Assembly: GCA_965215345.1 (NCBI GenBank)
Contig: CBDCDL010000001.1
Location: 845,601 to 909,600, forward strand
Origin: Spirochaetia bacterium
GTDB lineage: Bacteria; Spirochaetota; Spirochaetia; SZUA-6; Bin103
Direction of reading: 5' to 3'
DNA length: 64,000 nucleotides
Both the position numbers and the translations under genes were made by a program. The notes beneath the pieces were generated by a model. It saw nothing but the letters and a program-made list of their open reading frames with translations. It was not told where the DNA came from and ran no database searches. Numbering within the stretch: the stretch's first letter is position 1; each line of letters starts with the position of its first letter. Shown here piece after piece: positions 55,420 to 64,000 of the stretch.

Positions 55420-55677
55420 ATGAATCAGTTCTCTCTTCGTAGGGTCCCGCTCGAAGTGGAGCGGCGCCTCCGCGCCGTTGCGCAGGAGAACGGCGAGAGC
55501 CTGAACGCGGCGATCAACAGGATCCTGGCAGAGTCGCTCGGCGTCGTTCCCGAAGGATCCAGGAAGCGTGATCTATCGGATCTCGCCGGAACATGGAGCG
55601 AGGAGGAAGCGGTGGAGTTCGAACGGGCGACCGAGCACTTCGGTCAGATCGACCACGAGATGTGGGAACAGGGGTGA
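55420..55677 (+). CDS. vapB: ribbon-helix-helix (Arc/FitA/VapB-type) antitoxin
   Basis: 85 aa. The N-terminal FSLRRVPLEVERRLRAVAQENGESLNAAINRILAESLG is an RHH pattern. The stop overlaps the PIN gene GTG (GTGA at 55674-55677). Confidence 0.72.
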   Translation: MNQFSLRRVPLEVERRLRAVAQENGESLNAAINRILAESLGVVPEGSRKRDLSDLAGTWSEEEAVEFERATEHFGQIDHEMWEQG

Positions 55678-56306
55678 CCGTCTGCATCGACACGAATGTC
55701 TACAGCGCCTTGCGGCGTGGGCATGTCCGGGTTCGTTCGGTGCTGGAGTCCGCCGATGTGGCGATCGTTCCCACCGTGGTCCTGGGCGAACTCCACGCAG
55801 GGTTCGCCGCCGGTTCCCGCAAGCAAACCAATCTCTCGGAGTTGGAGAGGTTCCTCGCCAAGCCCGGCGTGCAGGTGTACTCGGTCACCGCAGCCGTCGC
55901 CGCACGTTATGGGAGCATCTTCCATGCGCTGCGCCGTGCCGGCACTCCGATACCGACCAACGATATCTGGATCGCGGCGATCGCCCTCGAGCGCGGCGCT
56001 CGCCTCGTGACGCTGGACACCCACTTCGACGCCATCCCCACTCTCATCGTTGATCGGTATGAGCCGATGGAACAACGGAGCAGCGAGCGCCGGGCTACTC
56101 CTGGCCGGTACCGGCCGGCTCGACAACCAGGATACCCTCCGGGCCGACCGACAGGCCGTCGTTCTGGCCCGCGAGCAGCGTCCGCAGCTCGGGCGGCGCG
56201 GTGCGGACGACCTCGTCCGGCCACTCCTCGACCGGCGAGAGCGGGGCGGCCCAGCCGGGGCGATAGGACAGGAACGCGCTCGGCCGCGGCCGCCGGGAGC
56301 CCATGA
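55674..56306 (+). CDS. vapC: PIN-domain toxin VapC with an about 75-aa low-complexity C-terminal extension
   Basis: The acidic quartet is in the expected places (CIDTNV, LGELHAG, TNDIWIAA, VTLDTHF). The PIN fold should end near ...PTLIVDRY, but the frame stays open to 56306 and overlaps the convergent gene by 212 nt. Confidence 0.75.
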   Translation: MTVCIDTNVYSALRRGHVRVRSVLESADVAIVPTVVLGELHAGFAAGSRKQTNLSELERFLAKPGVQVYSVTAAVAARYGSIFHALRRAGTPIPTNDIWIAAIALERGARLVTLDTHFDAIPTLIVDRYEPMEQRSSERRATPGRYRPARQPGYPPGRPTGRRSGPRAASAARAARCGRPRPATPRPARAGRPSRGDRTGTRSAAAAGSP

Positions 56307-56916
56307 CACCCCCCGCGTGGATGGTCCGGCAGTGGAACAGCACCGCGTCGCCGGCCCTGGCCAGCACCATGCGCGCCTCGGCGGCGTGCTCCTCCAGGGT
56401 GTCGCGGTTGCGCAGGTCGGCGAAGCGATGGCTGCCGGGAACGACCCACAGCGGGCCCTCGCCGACGTCCAGGTCGACGAAGTAGAAGCCGACGTTGCAC
56501 CACGATGCCTGCGTGTTGCGCGGGTCCTCCGGCGGCGCGAAGCCGGTGTAGTCGCGGTGCAGGATCTGCCGCCCGCGCGCCAGGTTGTCGTCGCTCTGCT
56601 GCCTCCAGGTCGCGAACACGCCCTTGAAGAAGCGGATGTCGTCGCCGTAGCAGGCACGCAACGCGCCGAGCACCGCGGGGCAGGGGATGATCGCGGCGAG
56701 GGTGCCTCCCGGCCAGTGCTCGTCGAACTCCAGCCGGTTGGGCGCCTCGTCGCCGCCCATCTCTTCGACGATGCGCGCCGCCTGCTCCGGCGACACCGCG
56801 TCCGGGATCCACAGGAAGCCGTGCTCGGCGAAGAAGGCGTGCTGCTGGCGGATGGTGAGGACGGCGAAGTCCTCGCGCCGGCCGGCCGGCCGGGTGTCGG
56901 CGTCGGTCGCCGTCAT
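56095..56916 (-). CDS. PhyH family dioxygenase
   Basis: FLWIPDAVS, ILHRDYTG (HxD) and LFHCRTIHAG blocks. Start chosen at ATG 56916; the ORF track starts at 56976. Confidence 0.75.
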   Translation of the reverse strand: MTATDADTRPAGRREDFAVLTIRQQHAFFAEHGFLWIPDAVSPEQAARIVEEMGGDEAPNRLEFDEHWPGGTLAAIIPCPAVLGALRACYGDDIRFFKGVFATWRQQSDDNLARGRQILHRDYTGFAPPEDPRNTQASWCNVGFYFVDLDVGEGPLWVVPGSHRFADLRNRDTLEEHAAEARMVLARAGDAVLFHCRTIHAGGVMGSRRPRPSAFLSYRPGWAAPLSPVEEWPDEVVRTAPPELRTLLAGQNDGLSVGPEGILVVEPAGTGQE

Positions 56917-57003
56917 GGTCGGACCAGCGTAATGCGTGCGGCCGGCCGGATCACGCGGGTATCCGAATCCGCTCACGGTCTCCGGCAGAGAATGTGCGGC
57001 CGT

Positions 57004-58032
57004 TCATGTGGTCCCATCCACGTCCACGGTGCGCCCCTCGGCGGCCGATTGGTAGGCGGCGTGGATGATGCGCAGCGCGGCCAGCCCGTCGCGCGCGGTG
57101 ACCGGCGGCTCCGCCTTGCCCATGCATGCCGCAAGCGCGGACCTCACCCAGGGCGTGTAGCCGCCGCCCCGGCCGCCGTAGCTGACCACGCGGGTGGGCT
57201 GGCCGGTGGCGGACCATTCCAGCCGCCCCTGCTCGGCCACGTTGATGCGCAGCCAGCCGGCGTCGCCGTACACGGTGATGGTGGCGTGTCCCGCCCTCTC
57301 CTCCATCAGGTAGCCGGAGAACAGCGACCCGTGCGCGCCGCCGGCGAAGCGGAAGTTGACCAGCGCAAGGTCCTCCACGTCGATCGGCTGGCCGCCGACC
57401 ACCGGCGCCATCGCCTGCACCGCCTCAATCTCGCCGCCGGTCAGCCAGCGGATCAGGTCCAGCGCGTGGATGCCGAGCCAGGTGAGGTGGCCGCCGCCGG
57501 CCAGCGCCTTGCGGAAGGTCCAGTCGCTGGTGGCCACCTTGCCCGGGATGCGCGACTGGTCGCTCACCTGCGACGCCTGCACCGCGTAGAGCGATCCGAT
57601 GCCGCCCTCGGCGATGATCCGCTGCGCGTCGACCTTGACGGGGTCGCGGCGCTGCGCGAACGCCATCATCAGGTGCACGCCGCGCCGCTCGGCGACCCGC
57701 ACCAGCCGCTCGAACTGGTCGGGATGCACGCAGGAGGGCTTCTCCGCCATCACGTGCACGCCGGCCTCCAGCAGCGGCTCGATCACCGCCGGCGCGTGGG
57801 CGCCGATCATGGTCACGATCGCCATGTCCGGCGCTCCGAGCCGAAGCAATGCCTCCACCGAAGTCTCGGCGGCCTGCACCTTCGCCCCGCAGGCGCGCCG
57901 GGACTCCTCCAGCGTCGTGCCGTCCGGATCCATCAGCAGCGCCCGGTCGATCGCGGCGATGCTGTCGATCGCCTCGCGATACGGCGCCTGGTGGGCGGCG
58001 CCCTTCTCGGTCACGAACGCGACGGTTGCCAT
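57004..58032 (-). CDS. Gfo/Idh/MocA family oxidoreductase
   Basis: 342 aa with PDMAIVTMIGAHAPAVIEPLLEAGVHVMAEKP (EKP motif) and the family's C-terminal alpha/beta domain. Confidence 0.85.
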   Translation of the reverse strand: MATVAFVTEKGAAHQAPYREAIDSIAAIDRALLMDPDGTTLEESRRACGAKVQAAETSVEALLRLGAPDMAIVTMIGAHAPAVIEPLLEAGVHVMAEKPSCVHPDQFERLVRVAERRGVHLMMAFAQRRDPVKVDAQRIIAEGGIGSLYAVQASQVSDQSRIPGKVATSDWTFRKALAGGGHLTWLGIHALDLIRWLTGGEIEAVQAMAPVVGGQPIDVEDLALVNFRFAGGAHGSLFSGYLMEERAGHATITVYGDAGWLRINVAEQGRLEWSATGQPTRVVSYGGRGGGYTPWVRSALAACMGKAEPPVTARDGLAALRIIHAAYQSAAEGRTVDVDGTT

Positions 58033-58079
58033 GTCTCTGCCGTTCTCCTTGCGATGCGGTACTATAGCCGAGCGACCTC

Positions 58080-59066
58080 ATGGTGAAGTTCATCGTCCGG
58101 CGTGCGCTTCTCATGATCCCCACGCTGGTCGCCGTGTCGATCCTGTCGTTCCTGATCATCCAGGCGCCGGCCGGGGACTTCGTCGACAGCTACGTGGCGG
58201 GGCTCCGGCAGTTCGGGCAGATCGTCGAGCAGGGACAGATCGACGCCCTGCGCGACCGCTACGGGTTGAACCAGTCGGTGCACGTCCAGTACTGGAAGTG
58301 GGTGTCCAGGATGATCCGCGGCGATCTGGGGCGATCGTTCGCGTGGAACCAGTCGGTGACGAGCCTGCTGTACGAGCGGCTGCCGTGGACGATCCTGATC
58401 GCCTTCAGCTCGCTGCTGGTGGTGTACCTCATCGCCATTCCGATCGGCAACACGTCGGCGATCCATCAATACTCCGTGCGCGACTACGTGTTCACGAGCG
58501 TCGGCTTCATCGGCCTGGCGGTGCCCAATTTCCTGTTCGCCCTGATCTTCCTGTGGCTGTTCTTCCTGTGGACGGGCAAGGCGGCGGTGGGACTGTTCTC
58601 CAAGGAGTATCTCACCGCTTCGTGGAGCCTGGGAAAGTTCGCCGATCTGCTCTCGCACCTGTGGATCCCGGCGCTGATCGTCGGCACCGCCGGCACCGCC
58701 AGCCTGATCCGCATCATGCGCGCCAACATGCTCGACGAGCTGCACCGGCCGTACGTGATGGTGGCGCGCGCCAAGGGTCTGACCGAGCGCCGCCTGCTCT
58801 ACAAGTACCCGTTTCGCGCCGCGCTCAACCCGGTGGTCAGCACCATCGGCTACACCCTGCCGGAGATGGTCAACGGCGCGCTGCTGACCTCGATCGTGCT
58901 GGGGCTGCCGACGATCGCGCCGGTGCTGCTGTCGGCGCTGCTCACCCAGGACATGTTCCTGGCCGGCAGCATCATCTTCGTGCTCAGCGTCCTGACGGTG
59001 ATCGGCACGCTGCTGTCCGACATCCTGCTCGCGTGGCTCGATCCGCGCATCCGCGAGGCTGTCTGA
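58080..59066 (+). CDS. Opp/Dpp-type ABC transporter permease (B subunit)
   Basis: MVKFIVRRALLMIPTLVAVSILSFLIIQ... is the canonical DppB/OppB N-terminus. 328 aa. Confidence 0.9.
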   Translation: MVKFIVRRALLMIPTLVAVSILSFLIIQAPAGDFVDSYVAGLRQFGQIVEQGQIDALRDRYGLNQSVHVQYWKWVSRMIRGDLGRSFAWNQSVTSLLYERLPWTILIAFSSLLVVYLIAIPIGNTSAIHQYSVRDYVFTSVGFIGLAVPNFLFALIFLWLFFLWTGKAAVGLFSKEYLTASWSLGKFADLLSHLWIPALIVGTAGTASLIRIMRANMLDELHRPYVMVARAKGLTERRLLYKYPFRAALNPVVSTIGYTLPEMVNGALLTSIVLGLPTIAPVLLSALLTQDMFLAGSIIFVLSVLTVIGTLLSDILLAWLDPRIREAV

Positions 59067-59081
59067 TGAGGGAGGTCTGAC

Positions 59082-60212
59082 GTGGCGCAACCGGCGGTTC
59101 CGGCCGGCACCGCGGCTCCGTCCGAGGAGCGGCTGTTCGTCGCCTCGCAGTGGCAGCTCATCCGCTGGAAATTCCTGCGGCACCGGGTCGCGGTGGCCGC
59201 CCTGGGCGTGCTGGGACTCTTCTATATGGGCGCTTTCTTCGCCGAGTTCATCGCCCCCTACGACGCCCGGCTGTACGATCAGGACCGCGTGCTGCAACCG
59301 CCGCAGCGCCTGCGGTTCGTGGACGTGGACGGGCGCTTTCATCTCCGCCCGTTCGTGTACGGCCTCACGCAGACGATCAACGAGGTCACCTACGGCAAGG
59401 AGTACGCGATCGACCCGGAGCGGCGCCACCCGCTGGCGCTGTTCGTGCGCGGCGACGAGTACGAGTTCTGGGGGATGTTCAAGACCGACGTCCATCTGTT
59501 CGGCTTCGCAGGCGGGCGCGGCTACGTGTTCGGCGCGGACTCGCTCGGCCGCGACCTGCTGTCCCGCATCATCTACGGCAGCAGGATCTCACTGACCGTC
59601 GGACTTCTCGGGATTGCACTGAGCTTCGTGCTGGGCATCGTGCTGGGGGGCGTCTCCGGCTACCTGGGCGGCGCCCCCGACGTGATCATCCAGCGGCTGA
59701 TCGAGTTCCTGCGGTCGATCCCGACCCTGCCGCTGTGGATGGGCCTGAGCGCGGCGCTGCCGCCCCACTGGAGCGTGACCAAGGTCTACTTCGCCATCGT
59801 CGTGATCCTGTCGTTCGTCGGCTGGACGTCGCTGGCGCGGGTCGTGCGCGGCAAGTTCCTGTCGGTGCGCGAGGAGGATTTCGTGGTGGCGGCGCAGATC
59901 CACGTGGCGGGCCGGGGCTACATCATCATGCGGCACCTGCTGCCGTCGCTGTACAGCTACATCATCGCCTCGCTCACCCTGTCGGTTCCCGGCATGATCC
60001 TGGGCGAGACCGCGCTCAGCTTCATCGGCCTGGGGCTGCAGACGCCGGCCATAAGCTGGGGGGTGCTGCTGCGCGACGCCCAGGCCATACGGGTCCTGGC
60101 CAACGCGCCCTGGCTCCTGATCCCGGCGCTGTCCGTGATCGTCTCCATCCTGGCGTTCAACTTCCTGGGCGACGGCCTGCGCGACGCCGCCGACCCCTAC
60201 GCCACGGTCTGA
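59082..60212 (+). CDS. Opp/Dpp-type ABC transporter permease (C subunit)
   Basis: GTG start. FGADSLGRDLLSRIIYGSRISL and ...FNFLGDGLRDAADPY are hallmark DppC/OppC ends. Confidence 0.9.
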   Translation: MAQPAVPAGTAAPSEERLFVASQWQLIRWKFLRHRVAVAALGVLGLFYMGAFFAEFIAPYDARLYDQDRVLQPPQRLRFVDVDGRFHLRPFVYGLTQTINEVTYGKEYAIDPERRHPLALFVRGDEYEFWGMFKTDVHLFGFAGGRGYVFGADSLGRDLLSRIIYGSRISLTVGLLGIALSFVLGIVLGGVSGYLGGAPDVIIQRLIEFLRSIPTLPLWMGLSAALPPHWSVTKVYFAIVVILSFVGWTSLARVVRGKFLSVREEDFVVAAQIHVAGRGYIIMRHLLPSLYSYIIASLTLSVPGMILGETALSFIGLGLQTPAISWGVLLRDAQAIRVLANAPWLLIPALSVIVSILAFNFLGDGLRDAADPYATV

Positions 60213-61267
60213 TGGCCGACCCTGCGCCTCGCGCGGAGGCCGCCCTGCTCAGCGTGCGCGGGCTGAAGACCCACTTTTTCTCCCGGCAGGGCACGGTCAA
60301 GGCCGTGGACGGCCTGAGCTTCGAGCTCGCGCCCGGCGAGACCCTGGGCATCGCCGGCGAGAGCGGCTGCGGCAAGAGCGTCACCACCCAGTCGATCCTG
60401 CGCATCGTGCCCAAGAACGGCGCGATCGTGGACGGCAGCATCATGTTCGACTCTCCCAGCCAGGGCCCGGTCGACCTGGTGGCCCTGGATCCCCAGGGCA
60501 GCGCCATACGCGAGATCCGCGGCGCCGAGATCGCGATGGTGTTCCAGGAGCCGATGACCTCGTTCTCGGCCATGCACACCGTCGGCAACCAGATCATGGA
60601 AGCGATCACGCTGCACCAGCAGGTCAGCAAGCGGCAGGCGCGCGCCGAGGCGATCGAGATGCTGGACCGGGTGGGCATGCCGCAGCCGGCGGCGACTATC
60701 GACTCCTACTCGTTCAATCTCTCCGGCGGCATGCGCCAGCGCGCCATGATCGCCATGGCGCTGTCGTGCCGGCCGCGGCTGCTGATCGCCGACGAGCCGA
60801 CTACCGCCGTGGACGTGACGATCCAGGCGCAGGTGTTGGACCTGATCAAGGACCTGCAGCAGGAGCTGGGGATGGCGCTGATCATCATCACCCATGACCT
60901 GGCGGTGATCGCCGAGCTGGCGGACACGGTGCTGATCATGTACCTGGGCCAGGAGGTGGAGTCGGCCCCCGTGGACGACATCTTCTACCAGCCCAGGCAT
61001 CCGTACACGCGCGGTCTGCTCGGCTCGGTGCCGAAGCTGGGCGAGGGGGCGGCGCAGAAGATCACGCCGATCCGGGGGTCGGTGCCCACGCATGTCGAAC
61101 GCGTGCACGGCTGCCTGTTCCATCCGCGCTGTCCCGACTGCATCCCCGGCGTGTGCGACGGCGATGCGCCGCCCCTGCTGGAGGTGGGGGCGGGACACAG
61201 CGCGGCGTGTTATCTGTACGGCGAGCCGGACGGCGACGGGGCGGCCGGCGGCGGCGGAGAAGCGTGA
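60212..61267 (+). CDS. Opp/Dpp-type ABC transporter ATP-binding protein (D subunit)
   Basis: The ATG shares its A with the upstream TGA. Walker A GESGCGKS, signature LSGGMRQR, Walker B LLIADEPT and the C-terminal oligopeptide-type extension CLFHPRC. Confidence 0.9.
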   Translation: MADPAPRAEAALLSVRGLKTHFFSRQGTVKAVDGLSFELAPGETLGIAGESGCGKSVTTQSILRIVPKNGAIVDGSIMFDSPSQGPVDLVALDPQGSAIREIRGAEIAMVFQEPMTSFSAMHTVGNQIMEAITLHQQVSKRQARAEAIEMLDRVGMPQPAATIDSYSFNLSGGMRQRAMIAMALSCRPRLLIADEPTTAVDVTIQAQVLDLIKDLQQELGMALIIITHDLAVIAELADTVLIMYLGQEVESAPVDDIFYQPRHPYTRGLLGSVPKLGEGAAQKITPIRGSVPTHVERVHGCLFHPRCPDCIPGVCDGDAPPLLEVGAGHSAACYLYGEPDGDGAAGGGGEA

Positions 61268-62298
61268 TGGCCGACCGGCAGCCGCTGCTGGAGGTCAGGA
61301 ACCTCACCAAGCACTTCCAGCGCACCCGCGGGCTGCGCCGGCAGGTGACCGGCATCGTCAAGGCGGTCGACGACGTGAGCTTCACCGTGCACGCCGGGGA
61401 GACGCTGGCGCTGGTGGGTGAGAGCGGGTGCGGCAAGACGACCACCGGGCGCTGCATTCAGCGGGCGGTGGAGCCCACCTCCGGCCAGGTGCTCTTTCAT
61501 CCCGATGGCGGCGATGCCGCGGTCAACCTTCCCGAGCTGGGCCGCAGCGAGCTCAAGGTGGTCATGACCCAGATGGGCATGATCTTCCAGGACCCCTATT
61601 CGTCGCTCAATCCGCGCATGACCATCTATCAGACGATCGCCGAGCCGTTCGTCATCCACGGGCAGCTCCAGAGCCGGCGCGAGATGGAGGAGCGCGTGGC
61701 CGAGCTGCTGCGCATGGTCCGCCTGGATCCGGTCTACATGATGCGCTACCCGCACGCGTTCAGTGGCGGCCAGCGGCAGCGCATCGCCATCGCGCGGTCC
61801 CTGGCGCTGATGCCGAAGTTCATCGTCGCCGACGAGCCGGTGTCCGCCCTGGACGTGTCGGTGCAGGCGCAGATCCTGGAGCTGCTGCAGGATCTGCAGC
61901 AGGACTACCACTTCGCCTACCTGTTCATCGCCCACAACCTGGCGGTGGTCGAGTACTTCAGCGAGCGGATCGCCGTCATGTACGTGGGCAAGATCGTGGA
62001 GTTGACCAGCACGCGCCGGCTGTTCGCCATGCCCCGGCACCCCTACACGGAGGCGCTGTTCTCGGCGGTGCCGAAGCCCGATCCCCGCTCCCGCGGCACG
62101 CGCATCCTGCTCGGCGGTGACATCGCCGACCCGGCGAATCCGCCGTCGGGCTGCTACTTCCATCCGCGCTGCCGCTTCGCGCAGCCGATCTGCAGGGAGC
62201 AGGAGCCGCCGCTGGTCGAGGTCGGTACGGAGCGGAGCGATCCGCATCTTGCCGCCTGCCACTTCGCGAAGGAGCTGGAGCTGGCCGGCGTGGTTTGA
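61267..62298 (+). CDS. Opp/Dpp-type ABC transporter ATP-binding protein (F subunit)
   Basis: TGATG overlap with the upstream gene. GESGCGKTT, FSGGQRQR, FIVADEPVSALD and CYFHPRC. Confidence 0.9.
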   Translation: MADRQPLLEVRNLTKHFQRTRGLRRQVTGIVKAVDDVSFTVHAGETLALVGESGCGKTTTGRCIQRAVEPTSGQVLFHPDGGDAAVNLPELGRSELKVVMTQMGMIFQDPYSSLNPRMTIYQTIAEPFVIHGQLQSRREMEERVAELLRMVRLDPVYMMRYPHAFSGGQRQRIAIARSLALMPKFIVADEPVSALDVSVQAQILELLQDLQQDYHFAYLFIAHNLAVVEYFSERIAVMYVGKIVELTSTRRLFAMPRHPYTEALFSAVPKPDPRSRGTRILLGGDIADPANPPSGCYFHPRCRFAQPICREQEPPLVEVGTERSDPHLAACHFAKELELAGVV

Positions 62299-62404
62299 CA
62301 GCGCAGGGCCGCCTCACCACGATGAGGCGACGAACGGGGCAGTCGGCTCGCGCGACCGTTCGTGGCCCTCATGCTCCGCATTCAAGGCATTCAAGGAGAA
62401 GAGT

Positions 62405-64000
62405 ATGAGGAAAGTGACTGCCCTCGCCTTGGCGCTGGCCCTGGTTGCGGCCATGGACCAGGCCACCGGCCAGACGGAAGCAGGGGGCGCGCCCGTGCGC
62501 AGCGGCCAGTACGGAGAGGCGCCGATGCTGGCCGCCATGGTCGCCAGCGGAGAGCTGCCCCCGATCGAGGAGCGCCTGCCCGAGACGCCGCGCGTTCTGG
62601 AGGTCGCCGAGATCGGCACCTACGGCGGGGCGCTGCAGCAGGTCCGCACCCTGGACGAGTCCGACTGGCTGGCCTGGGTCATGACCAAGGAGCCGCTGAC
62701 GATCGTCTCCCCGGATCTCCTGACCACGCTGCCGAACGTCGCCAGGGAGTTCGAGGTGTCCGAGGACGGCACCGCCATCACCTTCACGCTGCGGTCCGGC
62801 ATGCGCTGGAGCGACGGCGCGCCGTTCGGGGTCGACGACCTCATGTTCTGGTACGAGGACCTGATCAGCAACAAGGAGCTGACTCCGGAGCCGATCAGCT
62901 ACTTCACCCGCGACAACGAGCTGCTGGTCGTCAGCAAGGTGGACGACAACACGGTGACGTTCACGTTCAGCCTGCCCAACAGCCCGTTCGTGGACATGAT
63001 CGGGACGTGGTGGATGTACTTCGTGCCGCAGTACGCGCCGAAGCACTACATGAGCCAGTTCCACCCGACCTACACCGACCGCGAGAAGCTGGACGCGCTG
63101 GTGAAGTCGGAGGGATTCGCGAGCTGGCCGGAGCTCTACCACAGCAAGGACTGCGTCGGGCACCCGTCACAGGGCGTCCATGACTCGGCCTGCCCCTCGC
63201 TGGCTCCCTGGCAATTCCAGGATCCGAAGACCGCGCCGGTGCAGACGGCGGTGCGCAACCCGTACTACTGGAAGGTCGATCCCGAGGGCAATCAGCTTCC
63301 CTACATCGATCGCGTCGAGCGCCCGCTGATCTCCGACACGGAGGCGTGGCTGCTCAAGGTGGTCGCGGGCGAGGAGGACGTGGTCCTGGGCTCGTACCTG
63401 GATCCGGGCAAGAACTTCACCTTCCTGAAGCAGAACGAGGCGCGCGGCAACTACACGGTCAAGTCCTTCGTCTGGTGGCGCAACCACTCGGCGCTGTACT
63501 TCAACCACACCACCGCCGACCCGGCGAAGTCGGCGCTGTACGCAAACAAGGACTTCCGCATTGCGCTGTCGCACGCCATCAACCGGGACGAGATCAACGG
63601 CCTGCTGTTCGGCGGGCGCTACACCCCCAGCCAGCTCGCCCCGAACTCGGGTCCGCCCTTCCACGGCGAGCGCGACATGTTCAAGCAGTTCATCGAGTAC
63701 GACCCGGAAAAGGCCAATCAGATGCTCGACGAGATCGGCCTGGCGGCCCGCGATCGCGACGGCAACCGCCTCGATCCCGACGGCAACGCGCTGCAGTTCA
63801 TTCTGTACCACCCGTCGTGGCCGCCCGAGAATCCCGAGCTCGGCGATCTCATCAGGGGCTACTGGGCCGAGGTCGGCATCAACTTGGCGGTCAAGGCGCT
63901 GGACGGAGCGGCCTATACGGCGATCAACGATGCGGACGAGGCGGACATGCGCCTGCGCGTCGGCTACTACGTCGGCCCGCCGATGGTGCCGATCATGAGC
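62405..64000 (+). CDS. ABC transporter substrate-binding protein, family 5 (peptide/oligosaccharide type), 3' end outside window
   Basis: Not in the supplied ORF track because it has no stop within the window. ATG at 62405 after AAGGAGAAG. Signal peptide MRKVTALALALALVAAM. The frame is open for 532 codons with family-5 SBP blocks (WSDGAPF, YYWKVD, RIALSHAINRDEI). Confidence 0.85.
   Translation, partial: MRKVTALALALALVAAMDQATGQTEAGGAPVRSGQYGEAPMLAAMVASGELPPIEERLPETPRVLEVAEIGTYGGALQQVRTLDESDWLAWVMTKEPLTIVSPDLLTTLPNVAREFEVSEDGTAITFTLRSGMRWSDGAPFGVDDLMFWYEDLISNKELTPEPISYFTRDNELLVVSKVDDNTVTFTFSLPNSPFVDMIGTWWMYFVPQYAPKHYMSQFHPTYTDREKLDALVKSEGFASWPELYHSKDCVGHPSQGVHDSACPSLAPWQFQDPKTAPVQTAVRNPYYWKVDPEGNQLPYIDRVERPLISDTEAWLLKVVAGEEDVVLGSYLDPGKNFTFLKQNEARGNYTVKSFVWWRNHSALYFNHTTADPAKSALYANKDFRIALSHAINRDEINGLLFGGRYTPSQLAPNSGPPFHGERDMFKQFIEYDPEKANQMLDEIGLAARDRDGNRLDPDGNALQFILYHPSWPPENPELGDLIRGYWAEVGINLAVKALDGAAYTAINDADEADMRLRVGYYVGPPMVPIMS

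Noticed and set aside
62362-63183. 273-aa plus-strand ORF and the 264-aa minus-strand ORF 62369..63163
   Set aside because: Both are shadows of the real, open-ended substrate-binding-protein frame starting at 62405, which has a signal peptide, an RBS and family motifs.
1-64000. rRNA, tRNA, tmRNA, integrase or phage structural genes
   Set aside because: I scanned intergenic and low-GC stretches by eye and saw no cloverleaf-like or conserved RNA signatures, and no recombinase other than the IS66 transposase. This cannot be excluded without tRNAscan or Rfam.

Overview
This is a 64-kb high-GC (about 68-70% by eye) bacterial chromosomal segment. It is densely packed, and many neighbouring genes are linked by GTGA, ATGA or TGATG start/stop overlaps. 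No rRNA, tRNA or CRISPR array was seen. Most of the window is a carbohydrate and organic-acid catabolic neighbourhood. It holds three sulfatases, three GH36-like glycosidases, one GH4 glycosidase and two ABC importers (one sugar type, one Opp/Dpp type whose open-ended binding-protein gene at 62405-64000 is missing from the ORF track). It also holds three enolase-superfamily enzymes, an IlvD/Edd dehydratase, several dehydrogenases, an E1alpha/E1beta/E2 2-oxoacid dehydrogenase operon, and five phytanoyl-CoA-dioxygenase (PhyH) paralogues, two of them decayed. Several lower-GC accessory pieces sit inside this background. (1) At 232-2096, an ABC-type ATPase is translationally coupled to a small Toprim-like protein; this is my best candidate for an uncharacterised two-gene defence module. 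(2) At about 49.7-55.3 kb, an insert bracketed by diverged 257-nt direct repeats carries an intact IS66 element with an 8-bp target duplication, an orphan low-GC ATPase and stop-rich DNA. (3) A VapBC toxin-antitoxin pair. (4) A class II Fic protein. (5) A coiled-coil protein built from near-identical tandem DNA repeats. Other oddities are an E2 acyltransferase with Cys in place of the catalytic His, two sulfatases with non-canonical formylglycine motifs, an NDK-like fusion protein, and three decayed genes (two pseudogenes plus a truncated PhyH remnant). All family assignments come from motif recognition by eye; no searches were run.
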